DNA of 50,918 bases, from NCBI GenBank assembly GCA_913042895.1, contig CAJWMQ010000003.1, positions 1 to 50,918 of the forward strand, given 5' to 3'. The notes under the pieces were generated by a model, which was given only the letters and a program-made list of their open reading frames with translations, was not told the DNA's origin and searched no databases. A program made the translations under genes and the position numbers. Positions 9,287 through 19,079 of this stretch are shown one piece after another (position 1 is the stretch's first letter; each line of letters starts with the position of its first letter). The DNA is from an uncultured Verrucomicrobiales bacterium (GTDB lineage: Bacteria > Verrucomicrobiota > Verrucomicrobiia > Limisphaerales > UBA1100).

Positions 9287-10699
9287 ATGAAACGCTCACT
9301 TTGCCTGTTCCTGTTAAGCGGTCTGCTGTCTTTGGCATCGGCCGAGACGCGCCCCAACATTGTGTTGGTAATGGCCGACGATCATGGCTACGGCGACACG
9401 GGCTTTACCGGCCATCCGTTTGTCCAGACGCCGCACCTCGATGCCATGGCCAAGACGGGCGTGGTGTTCAACCGGTTTTACGCCAGTGCGCCCGTGTGTT
9501 CGCCGACGCGCGCCAGCGTGATGACCGGTCGTCATCCGTTCCGCGTGAACGTGCCCAATCATGGGCATTACCTACGGCCGCACGAAACCACCGTGGCCGA
9601 GGCGCTCGGGAGCGCCGGGTATGTCACCGGTCATTTCGGAAAATGGCACATCGGCTCGGTGCAGAAAGAGAGCCCCACTAGCCCGGGAGGCGCGGGTTTC
9701 GATGAATGGTTGTCGGGCTTGAACTTTTTCGACAATGATCCTTACCTGAGTCGCAACGGCGAATACGGGCAGTTCAAAGGCTCCGGCTCGGTGATTGCCA
9801 TGGATGCCACCATTGAGTTTCTAGGAAAACACGCCAAGGGCGACGAGCCGATTTTTGCCGTAACCTGGTTTCCATCACCGCACGATCCGCAGGCGGAGCT
9901 GCCGCAGGGTCTGCCGAATGCCGCCACGCTTTACAACGATAAGGATACTAAGAAGCCCGGTTACTTTCGTGAGATCACGCTGCTGGATCAGCAGATTGGG
10001 AAACTTCGAAAGAGCCTTCGCCAGTTGGGCATCGCGGAGAACACGCTGTTGTTTTACTGCAGCGACAACGGCGGGCTCGTGGTGGAATCTTCCGGAGGGC
10101 GGGCGAAAAAGGGTAGTATCTACGAGGGTGGCCTGCGTGTGCCCGCGGTGATGGAATGGCCGGCCAAATACAAGGCGAAGACCGTCGACACGCCGGCATT
10201 CACTTCCGATCTGTACCCCACGCTTGTCGCCTTGGCTGGTGCCAAGGTCGCGCATCAGCCATTGCTCGACGGCATCGATTTGGCGCCGGTGATCGCCGGG
10301 AAACGCACCGATCGTCCGCCCATGGGCTTCTGGCATGGACACACCCAGGGGCAAGGCACCTGGAACGACCGCATCATCAAGGCCCTGTTTGAGGCTAAAA
10401 AAGCGGGCCAACCCAACCCGCATCCCACGCGCGTTCTGAAAAACGTGAATGAATTTCCCACTTTCGGCGCAGACGCCCAGCGCGGTCACGCCGCCTGGAA
10501 TGCTTGGCCGTGGAAGCTGCATCGGATTGAAAGAAACCAGAAGGTCACCTTCGAGTTGTATCACTTGATCAACGACCCGATGGAGTCGAACGATCTCAGT
10601 GCCACCGAACCGCAACGCACAGCCCAAATGCGCAAGGCGCTTGAGGCATGGCAGCGATCCGTCTTGTCCAGCTGGTCCGGGGCGGACTATCGCAAGTAG
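9287..10699 (+). CDS. Secreted S1 sulfatase (arylsulfatase/GalNAc-6-sulfatase-like)
   Basis: RPNIVLVMADD, CSPTR, GKWHIG, CSDNG, KGSIYEGGLRVP. Confidence 0.9.
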   Translation: MKRSLCLFLLSGLLSLASAETRPNIVLVMADDHGYGDTGFTGHPFVQTPHLDAMAKTGVVFNRFYASAPVCSPTRASVMTGRHPFRVNVPNHGHYLRPHETTVAEALGSAGYVTGHFGKWHIGSVQKESPTSPGGAGFDEWLSGLNFFDNDPYLSRNGEYGQFKGSGSVIAMDATIEFLGKHAKGDEPIFAVTWFPSPHDPQAELPQGLPNAATLYNDKDTKKPGYFREITLLDQQIGKLRKSLRQLGIAENTLLFYCSDNGGLVVESSGGRAKKGSIYEGGLRVPAVMEWPAKYKAKTVDTPAFTSDLYPTLVALAGAKVAHQPLLDGIDLAPVIAGKRTDRPPMGFWHGHTQGQGTWNDRIIKALFEAKKAGQPNPHPTRVLKNVNEFPTFGADAQRGHAAWNAWPWKLHRIERNQKVTFELYHLINDPMESNDLSATEPQRTAQMRKALEAWQRSVLSSWSGADYRK

Positions 10700-10863
10700 A
10701 TGTCCATAAATCTTGAATCAGGGTTTGAGTTGGACGCCGGAGGTTGCTCAACGTTGTCGGAGTCGCCAGATTTTCACGTCATCCGCCATCACATTTCTCA
10801 GAACGGAAAGGCGTAGCAGACGAATTTCGAATAACAAATGAAACACCGAGTGATTAATAGAAA

Positions 10864-12450
10864 ATGAATCTGATACGCACTTTTTTTTGGTTGCTGTGTC
10901 TTGGCGGACCGGTGTTGGCAGAGCGCACGACTTCTCCCAATGTGGTTTTTATTCTGACGGATGATCAGAGCTGGGATTCCATTGGTTTTTTGGGAGGTAA
11001 GGTGCATACGCCACGGTTGGATCGCATGGCGAAGGAAGGTATGCAGCTCACCGATTTCAACGTGACTTCCACGGTATGCTCACCGTCACGTTACAGTTTT
11101 CTCACGGGCCGATATGCTGGGCGTTGCAAGGCCCCTCGTTTTATGACTGAACACCCGCCGGGCGATCAGACTCAGGTGGAGAATATTGGTGAACTTGAAT
11201 TAGAAGGCTGGAATCTGGCCAAGCTGTTACAAAAGCACGGCTATCAAACGGGGTTTGTGGGCAAGAGCCATGTGGTGAATCATCATTGGTTTCATGGTCG
11301 CTGGGAGGGTACAGGGCTGGAAAGTTATCCAGTTGATGCGGATCCCCGAGATCCCGTGGTGAATGCCAAAATGCGACGCAATCATCGCCGCTGGTGTGAA
11401 GCGATCAAACCCTATGGATTCGATTATGTCGATGGAGTCTATGCCGCCAACCTCAAGGAACTTCAAAATGCTACCCTTAACGTACACAACCTTGATTGGA
11501 CCGTTAGTAAGGCTCTGCAATTTTTGGAGGCGCAAAAATCTCAGGGTGCGGGCACTAAGCGGGCGCCATTTTTTCTCTACTTCTCCACTACACTCCACCA
11601 CGGGCCGGCACCATGGGCCAATCGCTTCTCACTGGAGTCGGATCCGCGTTTTACTGGAGAAGGGTTCGTGCCTGAAGGGTTCGATGTTCTACCATCACGC
11701 GCAGACGTTTTGCGGCGTAATAAAGACGCCGGTTTTGCGGACAATAAAGCGTTTGCATTATGGCTGGATGACGGCGTGGGGGCGTTGATTGATAAAGTGC
11801 GCGAACTCGGCATGGAACGAGATACCCTCATTCTCTTCACCTCCGACCATGGTTCGTGGCGGCACGGCAAAGCGACGCTGTACGATTTTGGATTGCGTGT
11901 GCCCATGGTCCTTCAATGGCCCGGCCGCATTAAGCCTGGCTCGCAATATAACGGGCTGTTGGCCAATATCGATTTGGCCCCCACGATCCTGGATTTATGC
12001 GGTATTCAACCGCCGAAAGATTATATTATGGATGGCGTTAGTTTTGCTCCGCAAATTTTTGGAGATCGGAGCCCTGTCCGGGAGGTTTTGTTTGGGGAGT
12101 TGGGGCATTCTCGGATGGTGAAAACGCAGGACTGGAAATACATCGCCGTGCGTTATCCAAAGAATTTGCAGGAAAGAATAGATCGCGGAATGACTTTCAA
12201 GGGATTCGATGGCGCCACCCTGAAGCGACCGTACCTCACGCGCAATGGCCATCTAGGTCATTATGCTTCCCGTAAAAATCCACATTACTTCGAGTCGGAT
12301 CAACTGTTCCACCTCAAGAGCGATGTCGAGGAGATACGGAATGTGTACGAGCGCCATCCCATGGTGGTACAGCAAATGAAGGCGCATTTGCTGAATGCCC
12401 TAAAGCAGTTTGAGAACCGCCCCTTTGGGGAATTCGTTCCTACCCCATAA
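10864..12450 (+). CDS. Secreted S1 sulfatase (paralog of 39010..40599)
   Basis: PNVVFILTDD, VTSTVCSPSRYSFLTGRY, TTLHHGP, TSDHG. Confidence 0.9.
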   Translation: MNLIRTFFWLLCLGGPVLAERTTSPNVVFILTDDQSWDSIGFLGGKVHTPRLDRMAKEGMQLTDFNVTSTVCSPSRYSFLTGRYAGRCKAPRFMTEHPPGDQTQVENIGELELEGWNLAKLLQKHGYQTGFVGKSHVVNHHWFHGRWEGTGLESYPVDADPRDPVVNAKMRRNHRRWCEAIKPYGFDYVDGVYAANLKELQNATLNVHNLDWTVSKALQFLEAQKSQGAGTKRAPFFLYFSTTLHHGPAPWANRFSLESDPRFTGEGFVPEGFDVLPSRADVLRRNKDAGFADNKAFALWLDDGVGALIDKVRELGMERDTLILFTSDHGSWRHGKATLYDFGLRVPMVLQWPGRIKPGSQYNGLLANIDLAPTILDLCGIQPPKDYIMDGVSFAPQIFGDRSPVREVLFGELGHSRMVKTQDWKYIAVRYPKNLQERIDRGMTFKGFDGATLKRPYLTRNGHLGHYASRKNPHYFESDQLFHLKSDVEEIRNVYERHPMVVQQMKAHLLNALKQFENRPFGEFVPTP

Positions 12451-12507
12451 AGCTCTGCGCTTGTGGGGGTGCGGCGTTTTTGTAATCCTCCGCTCAATCC
12501 TCTCATC

Positions 12508-13404
12508 ATGAAATTGACGTCAATGATTCTTCTTGCGTGTTGCCTTGGGTTCGCCACACCCGTTTTCGCTCAAGCTACGAATAAGAAACCGCAACCCAAG
12601 CTGCCGGCCTTGGTGGAGGTGTTGAAGGATATCGAGTACGCCAAGCCGAATGGGATTTCGTTGAAGCTGGATTTGTATCGGCCCAAGGCGGCCAAGGAGC
12701 CGTTGCCGGTGATTGTGTTTGTGCACGGCGGCGGCTGGAAAAACGGGAATAAGGACCGCGGCCGGCGCGGGGCCTGGATGGTGCCGTATGGGTTCGCCAT
12801 CGCTTCGATTAATTATCGCCTCACCGATAAGGGCCAGTGGCCGGATCAGATCAATGACTGCTACGCCGCCGTGCGGTGGGTGCGGGAGAACGCCAAGAAA
12901 TATAATCTCGATGACCAACACGTCGGCTGCTGGGGCACCTCGGCTGGAGGACATCTGGTGGCATTGATGGGTACGCGCACGTTTAATGGCAAGGAGAAGA
13001 CCTCTAGCCGGGTGCAGGCGGTAATGGATTGGTATGGTCCGAGCGAATTGTTGACCATGCCGCCGAATAACGTAGGTAACGGCCGCACCGAGGCAGACAT
13101 CGCCCAGTCCAACGGCGCGAAGCTGCTTGGGGCCACGGTACGGGACGTGCCCAAGCTCGCCCGGGACGCCAGTGCGCTGGACAACGTTAGTCGGGGGGAT
13201 GCGCCCTTTCTGATCATGCACGGTACGGCGGATAAAGGGGTGCCGCTGGTACAAAGCGAGAAGCTGGACGCCAAGCTGCGGGCGCACGGAGTGGAGTCCA
13301 CGCTATTGGCATTGGAAGGGGCTGGCCATGGTGGGCCGGAATTTATCACGCCGGAAGCCAAGAAGATCACCCTCAATTTTTTCACGAAACACTTGAAACG
13401 CTAA
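12508..13404 (+). CDS. Secreted alpha/beta hydrolase (HGGG-type carboxylesterase, acetyl/feruloyl-esterase-like)
   Basis: VHGGGW, INYRL, GTSAGG nucleophile elbow, HGTADKGVP, GAGHG; signal peptide from the ATG at 12508. Confidence 0.88.
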   Translation: MKLTSMILLACCLGFATPVFAQATNKKPQPKLPALVEVLKDIEYAKPNGISLKLDLYRPKAAKEPLPVIVFVHGGGWKNGNKDRGRRGAWMVPYGFAIASINYRLTDKGQWPDQINDCYAAVRWVRENAKKYNLDDQHVGCWGTSAGGHLVALMGTRTFNGKEKTSSRVQAVMDWYGPSELLTMPPNNVGNGRTEADIAQSNGAKLLGATVRDVPKLARDASALDNVSRGDAPFLIMHGTADKGVPLVQSEKLDAKLRAHGVESTLLALEGAGHGGPEFITPEAKKITLNFFTKHLKR

Positions 13405-13432
13405 TCTCGTTCATTAACTCCAACACAATCTT

Positions 13433-14515
13433 ATGAAAACAATCTCGTTATTCGTCTCAGTTTTTCTTTTGTCATACATGGCGGAAGCCGCGGGGTTCCG
13501 TGTGTTTGCGCCAAGCTCAAAGTCCGGCACGTTGTGGATCGTGAAGGCAACCCCGGAGGGGAAGGGGCTGCAGTTGCAGGTGGAACGTAAGGTGGCTCTG
13601 GGCCTGGCGGGGCGCGTGATCACCGCACATCCAGCTAAGCCGCTGCTATACGTCACGGCTACCGGCGGAGATCCAGGCAAGGTGCCGGGCACCGTGGTGT
13701 CGCTGTCGGCTAAGGGTGCGTACGAGAAGCACGTGCCCGTGAAGTTCAATGATGGTGCCTGTTACCTGAGCGTGGATCGCGGGCACAAACATCTGTTGGG
13801 CGTGAGCTACGGCAACGGGCGGCTGCATGTGTATCCGCTGGGCAAGGACGGCGTGCCCGGCAAGTCGGTGGCGACGGTGGATGAAGGCATCAACGCGGCG
13901 CATTGCGTGTTGGTGTCGCCGGACAACCGGAATTTGTATATTCCTTATGTGAAGGGGAATCTTGCGTTGTTGCAGTATCACTACAACGGCGACACGGGCG
14001 CGATCACGGCTCTGGAGCCGAAGGATGCTCGCCCGCCAGAAGGTACGGGCCCGCGCCACATGGCTTATCATCCAAAGCTGCCGATGGTGTATTTCACCAA
14101 CGAACAGGGTATCGGACTTTCGACGTACCGACGGCAGGCGAACGGGCAATTGAAGATTGTACAGGACCTCAACGTGCTGCCGCAGGGGATGTCCAAGACC
14201 GGCTTGAGTGCGTCGGATTTGGTGATCACGCCGGACGGCAAGTTTCTCTTCAGCGGCCTGCGCGGGCATCGGCAGGATTTCGATCGGGTCAGCCGCTATC
14301 GCGTGCTGGAGAACGGACACGCAGAATTTCTCGGACTTACGGAGGCGGACAAGATTCCATGGGGCTTCGCGACGTCGCCCGACGGAAAATATCTGTTGGT
14401 GACCGCCACCACCGGCGCGACTCTGACGGCCTACCGTATTTTGTCTACCGGCGATCTCAGCAAGGTGGCCACGCTCAAGTGGGACGCGGGCATATCGGAT
14501 TTGGTGGCCCGTTAA
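13433..14515 (+). CDS. Secreted lactonase-family 7-bladed beta-propeller (6-phosphogluconolactonase/cycloisomerase-like)
   Basis: AHCVLVSPD, GTGPRH, YFTNE, ITPDGKFL, SPDGKYL repeats; signal peptide. Confidence 0.85.
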   Translation: MKTISLFVSVFLLSYMAEAAGFRVFAPSSKSGTLWIVKATPEGKGLQLQVERKVALGLAGRVITAHPAKPLLYVTATGGDPGKVPGTVVSLSAKGAYEKHVPVKFNDGACYLSVDRGHKHLLGVSYGNGRLHVYPLGKDGVPGKSVATVDEGINAAHCVLVSPDNRNLYIPYVKGNLALLQYHYNGDTGAITALEPKDARPPEGTGPRHMAYHPKLPMVYFTNEQGIGLSTYRRQANGQLKIVQDLNVLPQGMSKTGLSASDLVITPDGKFLFSGLRGHRQDFDRVSRYRVLENGHAEFLGLTEADKIPWGFATSPDGKYLLVTATTGATLTAYRILSTGDLSKVATLKWDAGISDLVAR

Positions 14516-14665
14516 CTACGCGTGTAGGATTTCGTTTTTGTAGGGCTGCAGCGGCGAAATTCGCTCGGCTTGGACGGACCACAGTTTTCCCAATGTAAAG
14601 CCAAAGAGGCAGACGAAACTCTTAAGCGTGGATAGATAATTGGTGGTGCCAAACCGACAATAAAA

Positions 14666-16159
14666 CTACCGTTTCTTTGAGATAGCTTCAATCTGTTTGC
14701 CGGCAAGAATCTGGCGAAATTCAATGAGACGGTCGTTGAGATGGGGGTTTCCGGCCAGGTTCTGTTTCTCTCGGGGGTCGGAATTAAGGTTATAGAGTTC
14801 CTCTCCATCGGGCCATTTTGCGTAACGCCAGTTTTGATTACGCAATGCGTAGCCCAGCTTGGGGCCGCGTGTGACGATTGTGTAAGCAAATTTCTTTTTA
14901 CCGAGTCGTTCCGGATGCCCAAGGAGAGGCCGAAGCGAGGTGCCTTGTAAATGTGTCGGTTTGGGTAAGCCAGCCAGATCAGCGAGAGTGGGATACAGAT
15001 CGATTAACTCCACCATCGCCTGCGATGTGCTGCCAGCCTGGGTGAGGCCGGGGACGCGGATGATTAACGGAACCTTGGCTCCAATATCAAACAGAGTGAC
15101 CTTGCCCCAGAGAAAATGGTCGCCGAGATGATAGCCGTGATCGGACGTGATGATCACCACGGTATTGTTCCAGTGGCCACTTTGTTTGAGAGCCTCAAGC
15201 ATGATTCCGATCTGCGCGTCGATAAATGAAATGCACGCATGATAGGCTTGCATATATTCGCGGCGTAAGGCGTCGTTTTCCTTGCCCAGCTCGAAACCGA
15301 ACGATTCGTAGCGTTTCACCTTGGCCAATGAGGGGAGCGAATCCCAAAGTTTTGGATGGTCCGGTTTATAGGTGATTTTGTTTAGCGGATAGAGATCGAA
15401 ATACTTGTGAGGTGCCAAGAAGGGCACATGCGGTTTCTGGATGCCGCAGGCGATCAAGAATGGCTGATCTCCATACGTCTTTTGGGTTAGCCATTGGGCG
15501 ACTTGCCGCGCGTTTTTGCCATCCTTATGCTGGGCGTCAGTGAGGCCGCTGGGACCGTGGCCTGGCGGGGATTGGCCACTGAGCTTGGCTGAAACCTGCT
15601 TCTTTAGCGTGCGCCAACGACGACGGTTAGGGCCCGTTTCTACTAAACCGTGCTCTGCCTCAAACTTCTGACGAGCTGCGCGGACATTGGGTAACTCATC
15701 ATTATCGAATCGTAGATTGACATTCCAGGCAGCATCCCCGGGGTCGTGCTTCGGGGTGTGGAACAGTTTGCCCACGCCGCCGGTCCAATAGCCGTGTTGT
15801 TTGAAATGTTGCGGCAAACTCACGGTGTTCGGTCGGGTCTGTCGGATATCGGCTGTGTTATCGAGCACCCCAGTTGATTCAGGATAGAGTCCGCTCATGA
15901 ATGAAGCGCGTGAGGGGCCACAAACGGGATATTGGCAAAACGCCCGCTGAAACGTTTGAGCTTCGGTGGCGAACTGTTTCATCACCGGCGTGTGAATCGG
16001 CTCATAACCGGCGGGGGATACGTGTGTGTTCAAATCATCGCATACGATTAACAGCACGTTTGGCCGGTCCGCAGCTTCAGTTAAGCTGGCAGCCAGTAGA
16101 AAAAGTAGGCCGCCTATGACAGGTAATATAGCGTTTATCGATCTAGTTCTTTTCATCAT
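14666..16159 (-). CDS. Secreted S1 sulfatase, iduronate-2-sulfatase-like
   Basis: RPNVLLIVCDDL, CQYPVCGPSR, KPHVPF, TSDHGYHLG, WGKVTLF. Confidence 0.9.
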   Translation of the reverse strand: MMKRTRSINAILPVIGGLLFLLAASLTEAADRPNVLLIVCDDLNTHVSPAGYEPIHTPVMKQFATEAQTFQRAFCQYPVCGPSRASFMSGLYPESTGVLDNTADIRQTRPNTVSLPQHFKQHGYWTGGVGKLFHTPKHDPGDAAWNVNLRFDNDELPNVRAARQKFEAEHGLVETGPNRRRWRTLKKQVSAKLSGQSPPGHGPSGLTDAQHKDGKNARQVAQWLTQKTYGDQPFLIACGIQKPHVPFLAPHKYFDLYPLNKITYKPDHPKLWDSLPSLAKVKRYESFGFELGKENDALRREYMQAYHACISFIDAQIGIMLEALKQSGHWNNTVVIITSDHGYHLGDHFLWGKVTLFDIGAKVPLIIRVPGLTQAGSTSQAMVELIDLYPTLADLAGLPKPTHLQGTSLRPLLGHPERLGKKKFAYTIVTRGPKLGYALRNQNWRYAKWPDGEELYNLNSDPREKQNLAGNPHLNDRLIEFRQILAGKQIEAISKKR

Positions 16160-16189
16160 CAGTTGAGGTGAGGTGAGTGTACCGTAGGA

Positions 16190-17671
16190 TTACTGATACT
16201 CATCGACGCGCTCTTTCAAGCGCTGTAAAAGCTGAATCTTGGTAGCGTTGTGGGCTGGGTCGTAGGCGAGGTTGGTGAATTGTTTCGGATCTTTCTCCAT
16301 ATCGTAGAGCATGAAGCCTTCCGTTTGGGCGCGCTTGGAGGCGGGGTACCACATGAAGGCCCATTTGCCCGAGCGCAGACCATGGCCGCGGGAAACGGTG
16401 GTCATGGCATCTTGCCGATCTAGTTTGGCGACCGGGTTGTTGAGCAAAGGAACGAGGCTTTGCCCTTGTGCTTTGGGTTCGGGCGGCAAGCCCGCGAGTT
16501 CGGCAAGGGTAGGGTATAGGTCGACAAGTTCGACGATGTGATGGGTGCGCACGTCTTGCTTTTTGCCTGGTGCCGAAATGATGAGGGGCACGTGAACGGC
16601 CTCGTTCCAGAGGACTCCTTTTTTCCACATTTGATGTTCGCCGAGCAAGTAACCGTGGTCTGAGACGAAGACGACGATGGTGTTGCCGCGAAGCTTGAGA
16701 TGATCGAGCCCGGCCATGAGACGGCCGAATTGTTCATCCATGTAGGTGACGGCCCCGTAGTAGCCGCGGCGCACTTCGCGCACGGCGGATTTTTTGAGAT
16801 CCATCATGCGTCCCTTGGAGCCGGAAGGCATGTCGGCGTGGTCGTCCTTCGGAAAATCCGGATAAGCCATTCGACGGGCATCATAAGGTTCAAGGCTACC
16901 CTCGGTCGCCACAAACGGAAAGTGCGGGCGCACCAAGCCGACAGCTAGAAAGAAGGGCTTGGCCTGGCCTTGGCGGTCTTTGAGCAGTGCGAGGGCTTTA
17001 TCAATGGCCATGGTGTCGGCGAGTAACCCGGTGTCCTTATCCGCTACTTCGAGCACAGCATAATCGCCGCGGATGGAGGGATGCATTTTGTAGGGAGCCC
17101 CTTCACGATGGGCGGCGGCCCACTTGATGCGTTCGGCGGGGTAATTTTCAGCGGCGTCTGGGTGCGTGTAATCGGCCAGTTTGCCGGGCGTCATTGTTTC
17201 GAGGGCGGTGATATTATGGGCCTCGTGCCAGGAAGCGGCATGATCCGGGCCGGACGTCCCTTGTACAATGTCGATGGGAATACCCATATGATAGATCTTG
17301 CTCACGCGTGCGCTCCAATAGCCGTGGTTGGCAAAGTGCCGGGGAAGGGTCACCCGGTTGGGGTCGACCTTGCCTCCGTTGCGCATCACGCCATTTACCG
17401 ACGGATACTGGCCCGTCATGATGGAGGCTCGCGAGGGCCCGCAAAACGGAAACTGACAATACGCCCGCGTAAAGCTAACGCCCGTCTTGGCAAACCGGTC
17501 GAGGTTAGGTGTCTTGGATTCCGGATGGCCTAGTCCGCCGATGGCATAGTTGAGATCATCAGATATTACAAAGAGCACATTTGGTTTAGTGCTCTCTGGT
17601 GTTGCCCAAAGGGCTCCACCCCCCCCAACACAAAGCGCTATGATGGGAAATATTTTGTTCGTCTTGAACAT
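16190..17671 (-). CDS. Secreted S1 sulfatase, iduronate-2-sulfatase-like
   Basis: KPNVLFVISDDL, CGPSR, KIYH, RPHFPF, SDHGYLLGEH. Confidence 0.9.
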   Translation of the reverse strand: MFKTNKIFPIIALCVGGGGALWATPESTKPNVLFVISDDLNYAIGGLGHPESKTPNLDRFAKTGVSFTRAYCQFPFCGPSRASIMTGQYPSVNGVMRNGGKVDPNRVTLPRHFANHGYWSARVSKIYHMGIPIDIVQGTSGPDHAASWHEAHNITALETMTPGKLADYTHPDAAENYPAERIKWAAAHREGAPYKMHPSIRGDYAVLEVADKDTGLLADTMAIDKALALLKDRQGQAKPFFLAVGLVRPHFPFVATEGSLEPYDARRMAYPDFPKDDHADMPSGSKGRMMDLKKSAVREVRRGYYGAVTYMDEQFGRLMAGLDHLKLRGNTIVVFVSDHGYLLGEHQMWKKGVLWNEAVHVPLIISAPGKKQDVRTHHIVELVDLYPTLAELAGLPPEPKAQGQSLVPLLNNPVAKLDRQDAMTTVSRGHGLRSGKWAFMWYPASKRAQTEGFMLYDMEKDPKQFTNLAYDPAHNATKIQLLQRLKERVDEYQ

Positions 17672-17682
17672 GGTATTTTTAA

Positions 17683-19065
17683 TTACCGGTTGGTCTTATT
17701 CTTGAGCCCTTGTTTGCGGCCTTCCTCGCTGGCGGTGGTGAGGCGGGTCTTAGCCAGTTCGGCGATCTTGGCTTCGAACTTCGCTTTCAATGCGCGTTCG
17801 GTTTTGGTGAGTTTATTATCCTTTAGTTGTTTGCCATCAAAGGAATCCTTGTAGCGAGTAAGGGCGGCTCCGGTGCCATCCTGATTGGCGACTAGTGAGT
17901 ATTGTTTGTTTCTCACCATGACTTGTTTTCGATACCAGATGTAAATCCAGTCCTTTGTGCGGGTCTCGGCTTTGTTTTTGAGGATAGGGACGATGCTGGC
18001 ACCGTCATTTGGATGGTCCTTTGGCAGTTTGGCGCCGGTGACTTCGCAGAGGGTCGGAAACATATCGGTGAACTCGACAAGATCGTTTACGACACGCCCC
18101 GGTTTCTGGATGCCGCCCGGCCAACTGGCGATGAGCGGCACGCGTGTGCCCGTGTCGCTCATGGTGCCTTTGCCACCGACAACCTTAGTTCCGTTCCAGG
18201 GGGTAACAATGGGTGTGTCCGTACCATTATCGCCCGTAAAGATGATCAGCGTGTTGTCGCGCACTCCGGATTTTTCGAGCTGCGCGACGATTTGCCCGAC
18301 CGCCTTGTCGGCGTAAGCAACCATGTCGACGAAGTGACGCTGAGGATCTTCGCGGTCGCCCTTGTAGGTGGTGGACCCGAGCCGCTTGGGATCCCAGTCG
18401 GTGGAGTCCGGTGTGGGGTCAAAGGGGCAATGGGTGAGGATCATCGGGTAGTAGACGAGGAACGGCTTCTTCTTATTATTGTCGATGAAGTCACAGATGA
18501 AGTCGGTACAGACCTGCGGACCGTATTCGCCGTTGGTGTAATTCTTCTCTTTGCCGTTGATCTCCAATAGCGGGTTGACGAAACGGCGGTCGATGCGTTT
18601 ATCCCCATCGTTAGACCGACCACTGCGAGTGTGTTGCCAGAGGCAGGATTGTTCGAATCCGAAATGCTGCGGTGAATCCTTGTCCTTGCCCAGTTGCCAT
18701 TTGCCGGCGATGGCGGTCGCATAACCGGCGGCCTTGAGCTGATGGGCGAAGGTGGTTTGCTCGCGATCAAGCCAGCCAAATTTCACGTAGTTCCGGACGT
18801 TGTAATGGCCGGTCATGATCTTTGCGCGTGACGGCGTACAGATTGGGTTGGAGAAACAATTGGTGAAGCGCACGCCTTTGGCTGCCAGCTTGTCGAGGTT
18901 AGGCGATTTGCATGATTCACTGCCGTTTGCGGACAACGCTTCATAGCCCATGTCATCGGCCATGATGAGAATCACATTGGGTCGGGTGCCGTCGGGAGCG
19001 GCTTGCGTGGTGAACGCCCCAAAAAGGATCGCGGTGAGGGTGGTAAGAACAGATTTGAGTTTCAT
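17683..19065 (-). CDS. Secreted S1 sulfatase (arylsulfatase-like)
   Basis: RPNVILIMADDMG, CTPSR, GKWQLG, LTHCPF, TGDNGT. Confidence 0.9.
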   Translation of the reverse strand: MKLKSVLTTLTAILFGAFTTQAAPDGTRPNVILIMADDMGYEALSANGSESCKSPNLDKLAAKGVRFTNCFSNPICTPSRAKIMTGHYNVRNYVKFGWLDREQTTFAHQLKAAGYATAIAGKWQLGKDKDSPQHFGFEQSCLWQHTRSGRSNDGDKRIDRRFVNPLLEINGKEKNYTNGEYGPQVCTDFICDFIDNNKKKPFLVYYPMILTHCPFDPTPDSTDWDPKRLGSTTYKGDREDPQRHFVDMVAYADKAVGQIVAQLEKSGVRDNTLIIFTGDNGTDTPIVTPWNGTKVVGGKGTMSDTGTRVPLIASWPGGIQKPGRVVNDLVEFTDMFPTLCEVTGAKLPKDHPNDGASIVPILKNKAETRTKDWIYIWYRKQVMVRNKQYSLVANQDGTGAALTRYKDSFDGKQLKDNKLTKTERALKAKFEAKIAELAKTRLTTASEEGRKQGLKNKTNR

Positions 19066-19079
19066 GATTGGATGGTCGT

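Noticed and set aside
10700-10816. 38-aa ORF (MSINLESGF...) starting right after the sulfatase stop
   Set aside because: No recognisable motif, signal or RBS; length compatible with chance
14516-14665. 150-bp gap between convergent genes as a possible ncRNA or terminator
   Set aside because: No convincing stable hairpin with U-tract and no recognisable RNA family features
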